Shown: piece after piece, positions 16,944-27,186 of the stretch
How the letters are laid out: each line of letters opens with the position of its first letter
How positions within the stretch are numbered: position 1 is the stretch's first letter
Virus record (IMG/VR): IMGVR_UViG_3300044846_003008
Length of the DNA stretch: 64,000 bases
Reading direction: 5' to 3' (one strand)
Origin: a virus
Made by a program: the position numbers and the translations under genes
The notes under the pieces: model-generated
What the model saw: the letters and a program-made list of their open reading frames with translations, nothing else
What the model was told of the DNA's origin: nothing
The model's database searches: none

Positions 16944-19439
16944 AGGTATGAAATTATTAGCCCAAGTAAATGGTGCCGTTGCATACTCCAACGCAAGTTT
17001 AGCGGTATAACAATCATCCCTAATATCCCTATTATCCGCAGCAATATCTTCAGGGTCAGTTACAGGAGGGTCTTGATTTTCCCAATAAGAGTCCAAACAA
17101 CCTTTAGTTACGTTCACAATAACCGGAACGACTCTCCAAGTTTGTTCCAAATTACTACCAGGCCCATACCCACCATCGTATAATTCTAATATTTGAACAC
17201 TTGGGTCTAATACTGATTGAACCTCAAGAGTTTCAGTTAATTTATAATCATCACAAACACCCGTTTGTGGGTAATCGCAAGATAACGAACAAGAAACACA
17301 AGAAATGTCATAATGTATAATTAAATTAACCAAAATGTCAGAATCAAGTAATGTTACTTCCGAATTACAATCAGTACTAATAGTTATCTTATTTGTTGAG
17401 TTATTAATTACTACATTACCAATCCCATCATAAGATAACAATAAATTTCGTATTGTTGTTGCCCATAATGTGTCACTTGGGACTTCAAATAACGTATTCC
17501 CCGTATAAAATGAATTTGAAGATATCACCCCGTCAACACTTACAGACGCCTCAAATACCGCCTCATTTAATATACAATTATTATCACCGAGGGTTAAGTC
17601 ACTAAACCCTTCATTTAACATTTGTAATTGACCCTTTTTAATTAAATCGCCGGTATTATTAAACGTATCCTCAGTAAAGTTATAAATTTCATATGACACC
17701 GAACAATTAGTACCTTCAAGTATTATTGTTTTCTCATTAACACAATCATTATCGTCGGTAACTTTAATAGTATAAGTACCTACCGATAAATTTGTCACTA
17801 ATTGACCTGTTTGTTCCCCAACATTTTCACTCCATTCATAAGTGAATGGTGGTTGACCACTAGTAATGAATATTTGAATCTGTCCATTGTTTGTTCCCGT
17901 AGGGTTTTGTGGTGTAACAATAAAATCAACACCTACCGAATCATCAACAAATAACGTTGTTGTTTGTTTACAAGGAACACTTGTATCTGTCACACTTAAA
18001 GTATAACTACCATTATCAACACCTTGATATATTTTAGTTCGTGAATTAGATTGTTCCGGACCCCCATTAAATTCATATAAGAAAGGTCCCGTACCACCAA
18101 CCACAGTTACTTCAACAACACCATTTGCAATACCACAAGTAGTTCCTGTAACATCAACATCAAATGTGAATAAAACCTCATTTAATATTTCATAATCTTT
18201 AGAATAACTACAACCACTATCATCAGTAATTGTTAAATTATAAATCCCTGAGGCTAAATTAGTAAATGGGTAACTAGTTGATGTTGTACTAATCTCTATC
18301 GGATTACCATTTGGTGGTGTTAAAACATACACATATGGTAATGACCCGTTCGAAATAGACGGAATAATTTCACCTAAATTATTACCACATTTTGAATTTA
18401 TAGTATTAACGGATATTAAATTAAATGATGATGGTGTTAATAACGTCACCCCACCCGTAAAACTACATAAACCAGAATCCTGAACGTAATAATTAAATAC
18501 CCCCGCAGATAATCCTGTAAATTCATAAAAATTATCAAATGTGACGTTAAACGTTCCGTTAGACCCTGAAAAATAATAAGGTGCAGTACCACCTGATATA
18601 ATCAAATACACAGTTCCGTTACTTCCAAAACAAGCCGGCGGTGTAACCAATACACCCGATTGCCCAACAGTTGGAACTTTAACAACATTCGCCGATTTAT
18701 TCACAACACATCCCGTTCTATCACTCACCGTGACACTATACGTACCCGCAATCAAATCCGTGATTGAGTCAGTTGTACTACCATTACTCCATAAATAAGT
18801 GTAAGGTGGATTTCCCGTCAATCCTGTAACAAACAATTTACCTGAACTAACACTACATCCTGCATCATTAACAACATACACCCCAAAATCTAATTGGGTT
18901 GAATCCTGAACGATTACACTAGTTGTTACACCCGTACAACCCCCACCATCTGTCGCCTCAACATAATACGTACCAGCACTTAAACTATTAAATACAACAC
19001 CCGATGGTGTTATCGAATTCATAGTATTCGCCGAAGTAATATAACCTAACGTATTATGGTATAAAAAATAAGTATTACGACCATAATCATATTCAGTTCT
19101 AGCCGTTATTGAACCATTATCTAAATTACATAACGTATTCTCAACACTATCAACCGAAACACACACACCACTCGATATGTATATTGAGACAGGCTGAACA
19201 TTATTTGTCGGGTCAGTACAACTATCAATTATATTAAACGTATAAGTACCAGCACTTAGACCCATTTCTTCATATGAAGTCACACCAGCACCTAAAGGAA
19301 TTACATCCGTAAAGGGGGTTAACCATTGAATGGTATAATCAGGAGCTGACCCATTAATTAATATTTCAAACGCTCCCTCGTCAAGATTCATACAGTCACC
19401 TGTCAACCCCGCAATTGTATATGTTAAAACACAAGCCAT
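16917..19439 (-). CDS. Multi-SprB-repeat fibre/adhesin-like virion protein
   Basis: About 7 repeats of the G.I.....GG..PY.Y.W.NG....L.AG.Y...V.D..GC pattern. Confidence 0.8.
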   Translation of the reverse strand: MACVLTYTIAGLTGDCMNLDEGAFEILINGSAPDYTIQWLTPFTDVIPLGAGVTSYEEMGLSAGTYTFNIIDSCTDPTNNVQPVSIYISSGVCVSVDSVENTLCNLDNGSITARTEYDYGRNTYFLYHNTLGYITSANTMNSITPSGVVFNSLSAGTYYVEATDGGGCTGVTTSVIVQDSTQLDFGVYVVNDAGCSVSSGKLFVTGLTGNPPYTYLWSNGSTTDSITDLIAGTYSVTVSDRTGCVVNKSANVVKVPTVGQSGVLVTPPACFGSNGTVYLIISGGTAPYYFSGSNGTFNVTFDNFYEFTGLSAGVFNYYVQDSGLCSFTGGVTLLTPSSFNLISVNTINSKCGNNLGEIIPSISNGSLPYVYVLTPPNGNPIEISTTSTSYPFTNLASGIYNLTITDDSGCSYSKDYEILNEVLFTFDVDVTGTTCGIANGVVEVTVVGGTGPFLYEFNGGPEQSNSRTKIYQGVDNGSYTLSVTDTSVPCKQTTTLFVDDSVGVDFIVTPQNPTGTNNGQIQIFITSGQPPFTYEWSENVGEQTGQLVTNLSVGTYTIKVTDDNDCVNEKTIILEGTNCSVSYEIYNFTEDTFNNTGDLIKKGQLQMLNEGFSDLTLGDNNCILNEAVFEASVSVDGVISSNSFYTGNTLFEVPSDTLWATTIRNLLLSYDGIGNVVINNSTNKITISTDCNSEVTLLDSDILVNLIIHYDISCVSCSLSCDYPQTGVCDDYKLTETLEVQSVLDPSVQILELYDGGYGPGSNLEQTWRVVPVIVNVTKGCLDSYWENQDPPVTDPEDIAADNRDIRDDCYTAKLALEYATAPFTWANNFIPSFQINKFF

Positions 19440-22400
19440 TAATTACAACATAAATTTAAATTTATTCCAACATTTATAGTAAATGTTAAACCTTGATTAG
19501 ATTCATCACAAATTGAATTATAAATAACCACAGTCCCACTATTTGTTAAATAGTAGTCATACCCATAATCAGTTAATTCATCTAACGAGCTCACCAAGGC
19601 ATTATACCATTGAGCATTTGACGGTGAACTCAAACTAGGAACTGTGTACCCTACACCGTTAAAGAACCCCTTTTTAACTAAAACCCCATTATTTAATCGT
19701 AAATCAACAAACCATTGAGTTGATAAACCATTTAAATTACAATCATTAGATGTCTTATCATTAGCCGTTAAATAATCAGTCACTAAAACCCCCAATATTG
19801 CGGAAAATGACTGAACATTTGGACTTTTATCCCAAGGATACACTGAACATTCGGCACTTTGGATAGGACAATCAATTGGGTATAGATTTGATGTTGTAGA
19901 ACAAGGTTTGCAAGGTATAGGTATAAGCTGACAACCACGTTGTCTTCTCCAAGCATATTTTTGTCTATGGAATATTGAGTTCTCATATTTAACACCCGTA
20001 TTCCAAATAGTGGTTGCGGGTATCATTTGTTCAACTAATCTAATCCAATAGTCACCCAACCCATTCACATAATCTATCATTGTTTGATACGTGAAATTAT
20101 CATTTGGTTGACCAATTGCGTCCTCAGATAACAAATACCTCCAATATATTGATTCTAATGTCGGATAACCTGTAGTCCCATTATTAGAAATATATTGTCT
20201 ATTCCTAACATTAATCATATTCTGCCAAAACGATTGAGCAAACTCAAAGAAAGTTTGTCGTTTTGGTTTCGGGTCAATTTGTGTCCAATCCACACCACCT
20301 CTACTTGGGTAAGGTACATTCGGAAACGATGCCGCAAATTGATTATAACTCATTTTCATCGAAGTGACAGGTATCGGATTACATTCATCAGGAGCAACAT
20401 AGAATAAACCCTCGTTCGGAATTGGGTAATTATAAGTCCTTGACATATGCCAAACATCGTAAGCCAACCCTTGGCCTGGATTTAAAAATAAATCAATGTT
20501 TTTAACATTTAAAACTAACCTATCATCATTAACATAATACTTCGCATTATAACCACCATCAAGATTACTACGTAACCCAACTTCAGTATTAACCCAACTT
20601 TTATTATTATCAATTGTTTGAGTTAAATTATATCCCAAATCCATAAATGGGAATTGTCTAAATCTGTCTAAATAATCCTGACCATAAGTATATGGTTTCA
20701 AATACGTTTGAAAATTAGGATTTTCCCCAACAAAAGTACTATTAGTAATATTAACCTTTTCAGGTCCTCTATGACTTGGCGTTTGTTCAAACCAACCACT
20801 ACCTAATTGGAAGAAGTAGTTTTCACTATCTTCAGGGGCCATTGGATACCCATAGTCATCCATCGGGAACTCACTTCGACCAATATTAACATCTTTGATT
20901 GTTATATCACTAGTAAACCCCGTATATTGAACACCTTGGAACGTGTAAACATCGTTGGGGTCTAAAGCCGGTGTTTGTCTAATATAGGTTCCACCTGATA
21001 TTGACGCAAATTGGGAATTAAATTGTCGTAAATTAATTACTTGGTCAGCCAAATATACGTGTTCATTAAATTCAACTAAAGCATCAGGAGCACCGATTAA
21101 TCTCATTAAAATTTCAACTGATTTTCGAGTTCCTTTTGATTTAAATAAATAAGCCGAATTTAATATTAAATTTCTAAAATATTGGTAATTTAACTCATCA
21201 GGTGTTGTTGCAACACCAACACCACTAAATTGTGATTTATCGTTATTTTTCTCACCAAACACCGAACTTAAAAAATCATCATTAGTGATAGGTGACATAT
21301 TTGTGGTCCAACCTAATGTTTGTGCCAAATTTTTAAGTAATTGTGATGGTATATCATTACCAACATTATAATTAACAGAATTCATATAAGCTAATGCGTC
21401 GATGAACTTTTTAGTTTCATCAAAACTTCTACCATAAATTTGTAATGTTTTCTCAGTTTTTTGTCCAATAGTATCAAACTCCTTAAACGCACCTGTCGTT
21501 AAAAACCTTGAAATAATATCAGTCTTGTAAGAATCCAATGACTCAGCAATTTCATTTAACGATTCAAGATATTTTGTAAACGATGCAGTTAAAATGTCAA
21601 GATTCCATTGACCATTTAAAGGCCAAGTAATTTTTTGAGTAAACGTATAATAAGTCCCGTCATCAGCATCTTTAGGAACTTGGAATACACAAGTATAGAT
21701 AGGTGCCGAAGACCTATTTAAAAGGAATTTTTCAACCTCATCAAATTCTTCATTAAATACTTTACTAACCTCATAGTCGTTAGGTCTAATATAAAGATTT
21801 TGGGAAACCTCCGTTTGACCTGGAAATGGATTACCATAAACTGAAATTGTTAATGTCCCCGAAACTAACGATGTCGTCGATTTAACAAATGCAACATCAT
21901 AAACATCACCATTATAATATAACGCATATTTACTATATTCAACCGTTAAATTTCTCAATGGTGAAACTTGAATTTCTCTTAATTCCAAATTTCTTGTTGA
22001 GTTATCGGTAAAATCAATATCAAACTGATTACGAATTCTCCCAACATTTAAATCAAAAGTAGTGATGTTACTAGCAGCATTATAACTAATATTATTCGCA
22101 GTTGACCCCGTTTCGTAATTCACCCCCACAAATGTTGACTCAATCGCCGCAGGGAAATAACTAATAATGTTTTGAACTGAAACCGATAATCTCTTTGTTA
22201 ATGAACCATATAATGTAAAGTTAGTGACCTGACTTAAATCAAAATTGGGGTAAACTTTAAAATTATTTTCAAAAATCGCCTTTGATTGTGATACATCACC
22301 AATACCTAGATTTTCTAAGTTAATTGGTTCAGAAAATGTACCTGTATTAAATGTACGGTTGGATTTTTCAGTAACAGACTCTATGAAATTGAAATTTCCT

Positions 22401-22507
22401 TGCGTTAACCCACCACCCTGTACTAATTGGAAACCAACTAAGTCGTCAGAGAATGAACCAGCTCCTGTTGCCGGTGTTGGGGGACAAGTATATTTTTTAA
22501 TCGCCAT
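19439..22507 (-). CDS. Baseplate wedge protein (P2 gpI / T4 gp7-like)
   Basis: LLKNLAQTLGW and YLFKSKGTRKSVEILMRLIG motifs. Confidence 0.65.
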   Translation of the reverse strand: MAIKKYTCPPTPATGAGSFSDDLVGFQLVQGGGLTQGNFNFIESVTEKSNRTFNTGTFSEPINLENLGIGDVSQSKAIFENNFKVYPNFDLSQVTNFTLYGSLTKRLSVSVQNIISYFPAAIESTFVGVNYETGSTANNISYNAASNITTFDLNVGRIRNQFDIDFTDNSTRNLELREIQVSPLRNLTVEYSKYALYYNGDVYDVAFVKSTTSLVSGTLTISVYGNPFPGQTEVSQNLYIRPNDYEVSKVFNEEFDEVEKFLLNRSSAPIYTCVFQVPKDADDGTYYTFTQKITWPLNGQWNLDILTASFTKYLESLNEIAESLDSYKTDIISRFLTTGAFKEFDTIGQKTEKTLQIYGRSFDETKKFIDALAYMNSVNYNVGNDIPSQLLKNLAQTLGWTTNMSPITNDDFLSSVFGEKNNDKSQFSGVGVATTPDELNYQYFRNLILNSAYLFKSKGTRKSVEILMRLIGAPDALVEFNEHVYLADQVINLRQFNSQFASISGGTYIRQTPALDPNDVYTFQGVQYTGFTSDITIKDVNIGRSEFPMDDYGYPMAPEDSENYFFQLGSGWFEQTPSHRGPEKVNITNSTFVGENPNFQTYLKPYTYGQDYLDRFRQFPFMDLGYNLTQTIDNNKSWVNTEVGLRSNLDGGYNAKYYVNDDRLVLNVKNIDLFLNPGQGLAYDVWHMSRTYNYPIPNEGLFYVAPDECNPIPVTSMKMSYNQFAASFPNVPYPSRGGVDWTQIDPKPKRQTFFEFAQSFWQNMINVRNRQYISNNGTTGYPTLESIYWRYLLSEDAIGQPNDNFTYQTMIDYVNGLGDYWIRLVEQMIPATTIWNTGVKYENSIFHRQKYAWRRQRGCQLIPIPCKPCSTTSNLYPIDCPIQSAECSVYPWDKSPNVQSFSAILGVLVTDYLTANDKTSNDCNLNGLSTQWFVDLRLNNGVLVKKGFFNGVGYTVPSLSSPSNAQWYNALVSSLDELTDYGYDYYLTNSGTVVIYNSICDESNQGLTFTINVGINLNLCCN

Positions 22508-23427
22508 TATTGTGTTATGTTTGTAAAGTTTTTACTAAAATCAATATTATCACCTCTATCTTGTCTAACTTCGTATAACAAGTGGTTGAATTGGTCTCTA
22601 ATTTCGTATAAGTTGTATTGTCTATAAATGTTATTATCAGTGTCGTACATTGTGTAAACACCATCATCCATAGATTTAGTTTGATTACCGAATAGAGCAA
22701 TTGCTAATGTTGAGAAATCGTGTTCCGCAATCTCGATATCCAAAGTCATCGGATTGAAGAATGTATTCGTAATGATAACATTTTGATTTGGCTGACCAAT
22801 GTATGGTGTTGCGTTGGGTTTGTTCGTTGGTGATGACGATGGTGACACTGTACAATACATTAAGTTTGTATTATTTTCAGTATACCTATATCTAATCGCC
22901 TTTTGAGAACTATTAGTTAAATTTTGAACAACAGGTTCACAGAAAAATGATGAGGTTATTAATCTGAAAAAATTAGGTACTTTTGTTCCGTCAGAATTTA
23001 AATACTCAATTCTAAATCCTGTTAATCCTTGACTAACAAATTTATTTCGATACTCAGAAGGAACATCGGATAAATCAAACACCAACCCCTTAACATTAGG
23101 TAATGACGATAAAACACCACAATCCAATATTTTAGTTCTAATTTGTGCGGGTCTAATAAATAAAGTATAGATACCTATCTTATTAAATTGGTCCGCAGGT
23201 AATTTTAAGTTATATAACCCACCCAAAATCTCAACATTAGCAACACCACCTGTTGCTGCCGCGATTTGGGGACTATTATAATACGGTTTAAGGACCGCCT
23301 TCGCATCTAAAGTAGTTAATAAAAAATTATCAGTATCATCCCTCGATGGTGTATAATTTAAAATTATCTCAACATCTGCCGGTGATACGTCCGCCGGCCT
23401 TACCGTTCCATATGTTCCTGTTGCCAT
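22507..23427 (-). CDS. Putative baseplate structural protein
   Basis: 306 aa, coupled within the baseplate operon. Confidence 0.65.
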   Translation of the reverse strand: MATGTYGTVRPADVSPADVEIILNYTPSRDDTDNFLLTTLDAKAVLKPYYNSPQIAAATGGVANVEILGGLYNLKLPADQFNKIGIYTLFIRPAQIRTKILDCGVLSSLPNVKGLVFDLSDVPSEYRNKFVSQGLTGFRIEYLNSDGTKVPNFFRLITSSFFCEPVVQNLTNSSQKAIRYRYTENNTNLMYCTVSPSSSPTNKPNATPYIGQPNQNVIITNTFFNPMTLDIEIAEHDFSTLAIALFGNQTKSMDDGVYTMYDTDNNIYRQYNLYEIRDQFNHLLYEVRQDRGDNIDFSKNFTNITQ

Positions 23428-23428
23428 A

Positions 23429-24616
23429 TTATATTTCTATTACATTAAAAAATCCGTAACCATATTTTAAAAGGTCACCGACATTATCCACTTCACCAAG
23501 TCTTATTATTGATTCCAAACCTGATTGTTTTCCTCTCTCTATAAATACATCGGACTGCACTTCTGCTTCGTCAATTACATTTAATAATACCTCATTTTTT
23601 GTAATCGCCGTACAAACAATCATATCCGAAGTATATCCTGATGATTTCACTGAAAAAATTGTTGTCCCATCAAAATAATCGAAGTAATCAATATTATTTA
23701 TTGTGTACGCAGTATATAACCCGTCATTTGATGGTCCCCAAAATACACCGACACTATCGGAATTACCCGTAACTTGAATACCTATCTTAAATCTACCATC
23801 ATACAATGCCGGATTAAATTTACTACCATATTGTTCCAAATCATTAATACTTGAATTAGTATACCCTGTAACAATTATCGGTATAGTTGTGTAATTGTCA
23901 CTAGTTTGTACATCAACATCACATATTGAATCCCCACTAAATATATAATCGTAACTTAACGGTGTTGCCGACCAACTACCGCCCGCAGGTATAAAATACG
24001 CAGTTCCTTTTGGATTTGTGATTACAATATTAGTATAAGGAACTGTAACATCTTTTTTCACTAAATTCACACCCCAAGGACTCATACCTGACATTGTAAT
24101 GGTAAATGTCCCTTGTTGAGTGTAAGTGTGATTATAGTTATTTGGACTAGTTGTTGTTATAGTAATAGGCGGAGAACCATCCCCCCAATCTACCTTATAA
24201 TCACTAAACGACAGAAATTTTTTAAATTCAGTATCGGAAGTATTATAAAAATAGTATGTGTTGGGGTTTAATGTTGTTGCGGAAAATAAAAAGTTCGATA
24301 TCGTTTCTTTTTGGGTTACCATACCATCAAACGCTGAATAGTATCCAATATCTGTAGTATTTTCAGTTATGAATATAGGGATAGTTAAACCTGTTAACAA
24401 TGACGTTCCATTAGTCCCTCCCGAAACTATTTGAGTCATTGATGAATACACATATGTTTGACCGGTAAAATACTTAGTCACCGCACTCGTATATATGTCA
24501 CAACAATACACATATTCTGCATTTGTTGTGTCACTATCACCTGTAAAATTTACTTTAAAAATATCACCTTTAATTACTTCAGGTGAGATTTTATAATAAA
24601 ATATCCTATCTTCCAT
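23429..24616 (-). CDS. PKD-domain structural protein
   Basis: YKVDWGDGS...NHTYTQQGTFTITM PKD signature. Confidence 0.75.
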   Translation of the reverse strand: MEDRIFYYKISPEVIKGDIFKVNFTGDSDTTNAEYVYCCDIYTSAVTKYFTGQTYVYSSMTQIVSGGTNGTSLLTGLTIPIFITENTTDIGYYSAFDGMVTQKETISNFLFSATTLNPNTYYFYNTSDTEFKKFLSFSDYKVDWGDGSPPITITTTSPNNYNHTYTQQGTFTITMSGMSPWGVNLVKKDVTVPYTNIVITNPKGTAYFIPAGGSWSATPLSYDYIFSGDSICDVDVQTSDNYTTIPIIVTGYTNSSINDLEQYGSKFNPALYDGRFKIGIQVTGNSDSVGVFWGPSNDGLYTAYTINNIDYFDYFDGTTIFSVKSSGYTSDMIVCTAITKNEVLLNVIDEAEVQSDVFIERGKQSGLESIIRLGEVDNVGDLLKYGYGFFNVIEI

Positions 24617-25419
24617 TATGGGTTAACATATTCATACCATTTTATGGAACTTGTTGTTCCTGTTCTATTTCCCGTTATATCATAAATAGAGTAAGTAAAC
24701 TTATTATAATCCAATTTCACTTTATAGTAGAAGTATTTTCTAGCATCGAAGATAAACTTATCAGGTAGATTAGATTGGGGAGTTGTCATCATTGTCATAA
24801 AACCACCAAGTCTAGCATTAAAAAACTTGGCCGACATATAGAACGTATCCAAATTTATAACATCTTTTTTTCTCAACCAATAAATGAAAAACCCTTCCTT
24901 ATCGCCAACAAAATCAAGTTTAAATGACGGTATACGGATATTAACGTCAGGTATTATTGGTGATATTGACGCAAGTTCTGACGCTCCCTGTTGAACAGGT
25001 ATTATTATTGTGAAATAAATTGTTTGGGTGTTAACATCGTCAGTATCGTAGAAGTCCAATTTAAAAAATGATTTACTAAATGGATTCTCATAATAATAAA
25101 TTTGTTCTGAATTAAACCCCTCATTCAAATATGTCGGAGCCCAATCAGAAATTGTTGAGGTTAAAACGTTGGTGTTTGACGCTGGCGTAGTATCGAAAAA
25201 ATTGAACTCATAATTAACATCAGTTCTTTCACCATTACTGAATGGTTCGTGAGAGAATTGTAAAATCTCATAGTCTTTAGGACTTCCAATAATGTCTTCA
25301 ATAACATCTTCTTCGTATAATTCAATACTATCATCACGACCATATAAATCCCATTTAATTTCTAACGGGATATTAATGTAAGTATCTTTTGTTGGTATGG
25401 TAAATTTAAAATTATTCAC
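24616..25419 (-). CDS. Putative structural protein (likely GTG start at 25419)
   Basis: GTG overlaps the end of the upstream gene; operon context. Confidence 0.65.
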   Translation of the reverse strand: MNNFKFTIPTKDTYINIPLEIKWDLYGRDDSIELYEEDVIEDIIGSPKDYEILQFSHEPFSNGERTDVNYEFNFFDTTPASNTNVLTSTISDWAPTYLNEGFNSEQIYYYENPFSKSFFKLDFYDTDDVNTQTIYFTIIIPVQQGASELASISPIIPDVNIRIPSFKLDFVGDKEGFFIYWLRKKDVINLDTFYMSAKFFNARLGGFMTMMTTPQSNLPDKFIFDARKYFYYKVKLDYNKFTYSIYDITGNRTGTTSSIKWYEYVNP

Positions 25420-27184
25420 AATTATCAAATGTTGGGTCTTGGATTATGTCATCACTAACAAAATTACTACCTTCAGGTATTATTCTAAATATGTAATCTT
25501 TAAACGGATAATGTTTACCATTTAAGAATGGGTAATCAACTCCTATTTTATCATTATCAATATAACCATAAGAATATATGTCTCTCCATATAAAAGAATT
25601 TTCTGTTGTAGAAAAATGGGAATAATCAGGAATATCAATAACATTTGATGGGTCACCATTTTCAATATAATCCGAATATTCTCTAATAGTTATCTTGTGA
25701 TTTGGCTGATAATAGTACCCAAATATATTAAGAGCGTTCTGAACACTACTTGTTCTAGTATCAAACACCGATGAGTTATATTTGAATTTGTGGTATAGTG
25801 TTGAGGCAACTCGTTCTTTTTGTTCGTAGTCATTCCATTCACAATAATCACCATCAATGACATCACCTTTTTTAAGTGATTTGACATAATAAAATGGATA
25901 ACCCTGATTAAGGGATACTTTATTATAAGTCCCCATAGGAAATCCTGTTTTAGAATTATTATTAGAATTTGACCACCAAGTATCAGGAACTAACGCACCT
26001 GAAGAATTTGTTAGTAATGGTAGATTAAATTCATAACCTTGTTGTAAACCCGAAGTATTACTAAACATCCACCCAAAATACCCTTTATAAATCACATTAA
26101 AGAATAGTTCAGTTATTGGTCGTTTTTGATTATCACGTAATGGGGCAATGTCAATATCAACATTGAACGACAATGTATATGATTGAGCACCCTCCTTAAC
26201 CGATATTCTTTCAACTTTGTTAGGTGTAAAACCACTAGTTTCAAACTTCTTAGTTTTACCGAAAACATTTTGTTCGAATCCTGTTTTAACCAAAACCGAA
26301 TCTTCAGGATTTGTTAATAATTTAAGTTCTTTAACATAATATTCTGAAGTGGTATCATCAGGAAATTCAATATTTAATACACGTTTAAATGTTCCTTTAA
26401 CCCCATCATTGAATGTTGAGGTAAACCCATAATCAAACACATTAAATACGTAAGATTCACTATTTGAAGTACCATCCCCCAAAGAATAAACTTCAAAATA
26501 CGATTCATTATTATATGTTAAACTTAATTTAACATATTCTCCTGCCGATAATCCGTGTTTAACCGGACATCTAAAACTCACAAGTTTATTACCACCTTCT
26601 GTCATATTGGTAATTATAAATGGTAACCCATCACCCGACTTCCAATTAATTACACTTGAACCGTCCGAATTTGAGAATGTTAAATTCTTAGAGTAATTGT
26701 TATTATATGGGTAACTAATAAAATGGTTCCAATTATATGTTGACGCACTTTTACTAACAAATGTTAGGTGATTATTGGGGGGTATGGTATACCCTGGTAT
26801 GTTATAATCATTACGGATAAAATCAAATTCATTATATTGTGGAAATCCACCCCAATCAACTTTGGTAGCTCCTTGTTCACATTGCAATTTTGCTAAGTTT
26901 GCGGTGTTGACATAGTATAAATTATTTTCAAATGGTTCATATTTTGATGTCCCCGTATAAGAATTTTTAAATAACATTGAGAATTTTGCCGTTGGTCTAA
27001 AAACCGACGACGCTTGTCTTTCATCATCAAACACCTGAGCTAAACTAATATTGATGTTCCTATCAAATTCAACATTTTCTTTAGCCGTTTGCACAAACGG
27101 TATCTGAAAACTCAATGTAGTTTCAGGGGCCGATTTATAACGCAACGTCCCCAATATAACTCTAGTATCTTTTCTATTACCCAT
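25412..27184 (-). CDS. Putative baseplate/tail structural protein
   Basis: 590 aa; contains a KHGLSAGEYVKL beta-barrel-like insert; operon context. Confidence 0.65.
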   Translation of the reverse strand: MGNRKDTRVILGTLRYKSAPETTLSFQIPFVQTAKENVEFDRNINISLAQVFDDERQASSVFRPTAKFSMLFKNSYTGTSKYEPFENNLYYVNTANLAKLQCEQGATKVDWGGFPQYNEFDFIRNDYNIPGYTIPPNNHLTFVSKSASTYNWNHFISYPYNNNYSKNLTFSNSDGSSVINWKSGDGLPFIITNMTEGGNKLVSFRCPVKHGLSAGEYVKLSLTYNNESYFEVYSLGDGTSNSESYVFNVFDYGFTSTFNDGVKGTFKRVLNIEFPDDTTSEYYVKELKLLTNPEDSVLVKTGFEQNVFGKTKKFETSGFTPNKVERISVKEGAQSYTLSFNVDIDIAPLRDNQKRPITELFFNVIYKGYFGWMFSNTSGLQQGYEFNLPLLTNSSGALVPDTWWSNSNNNSKTGFPMGTYNKVSLNQGYPFYYVKSLKKGDVIDGDYCEWNDYEQKERVASTLYHKFKYNSSVFDTRTSSVQNALNIFGYYYQPNHKITIREYSDYIENGDPSNVIDIPDYSHFSTTENSFIWRDIYSYGYIDNDKIGVDYPFLNGKHYPFKDYIFRIIPEGSNFVSDDIIQDPTFDNCE

Positions 27185-27186
27185 AA

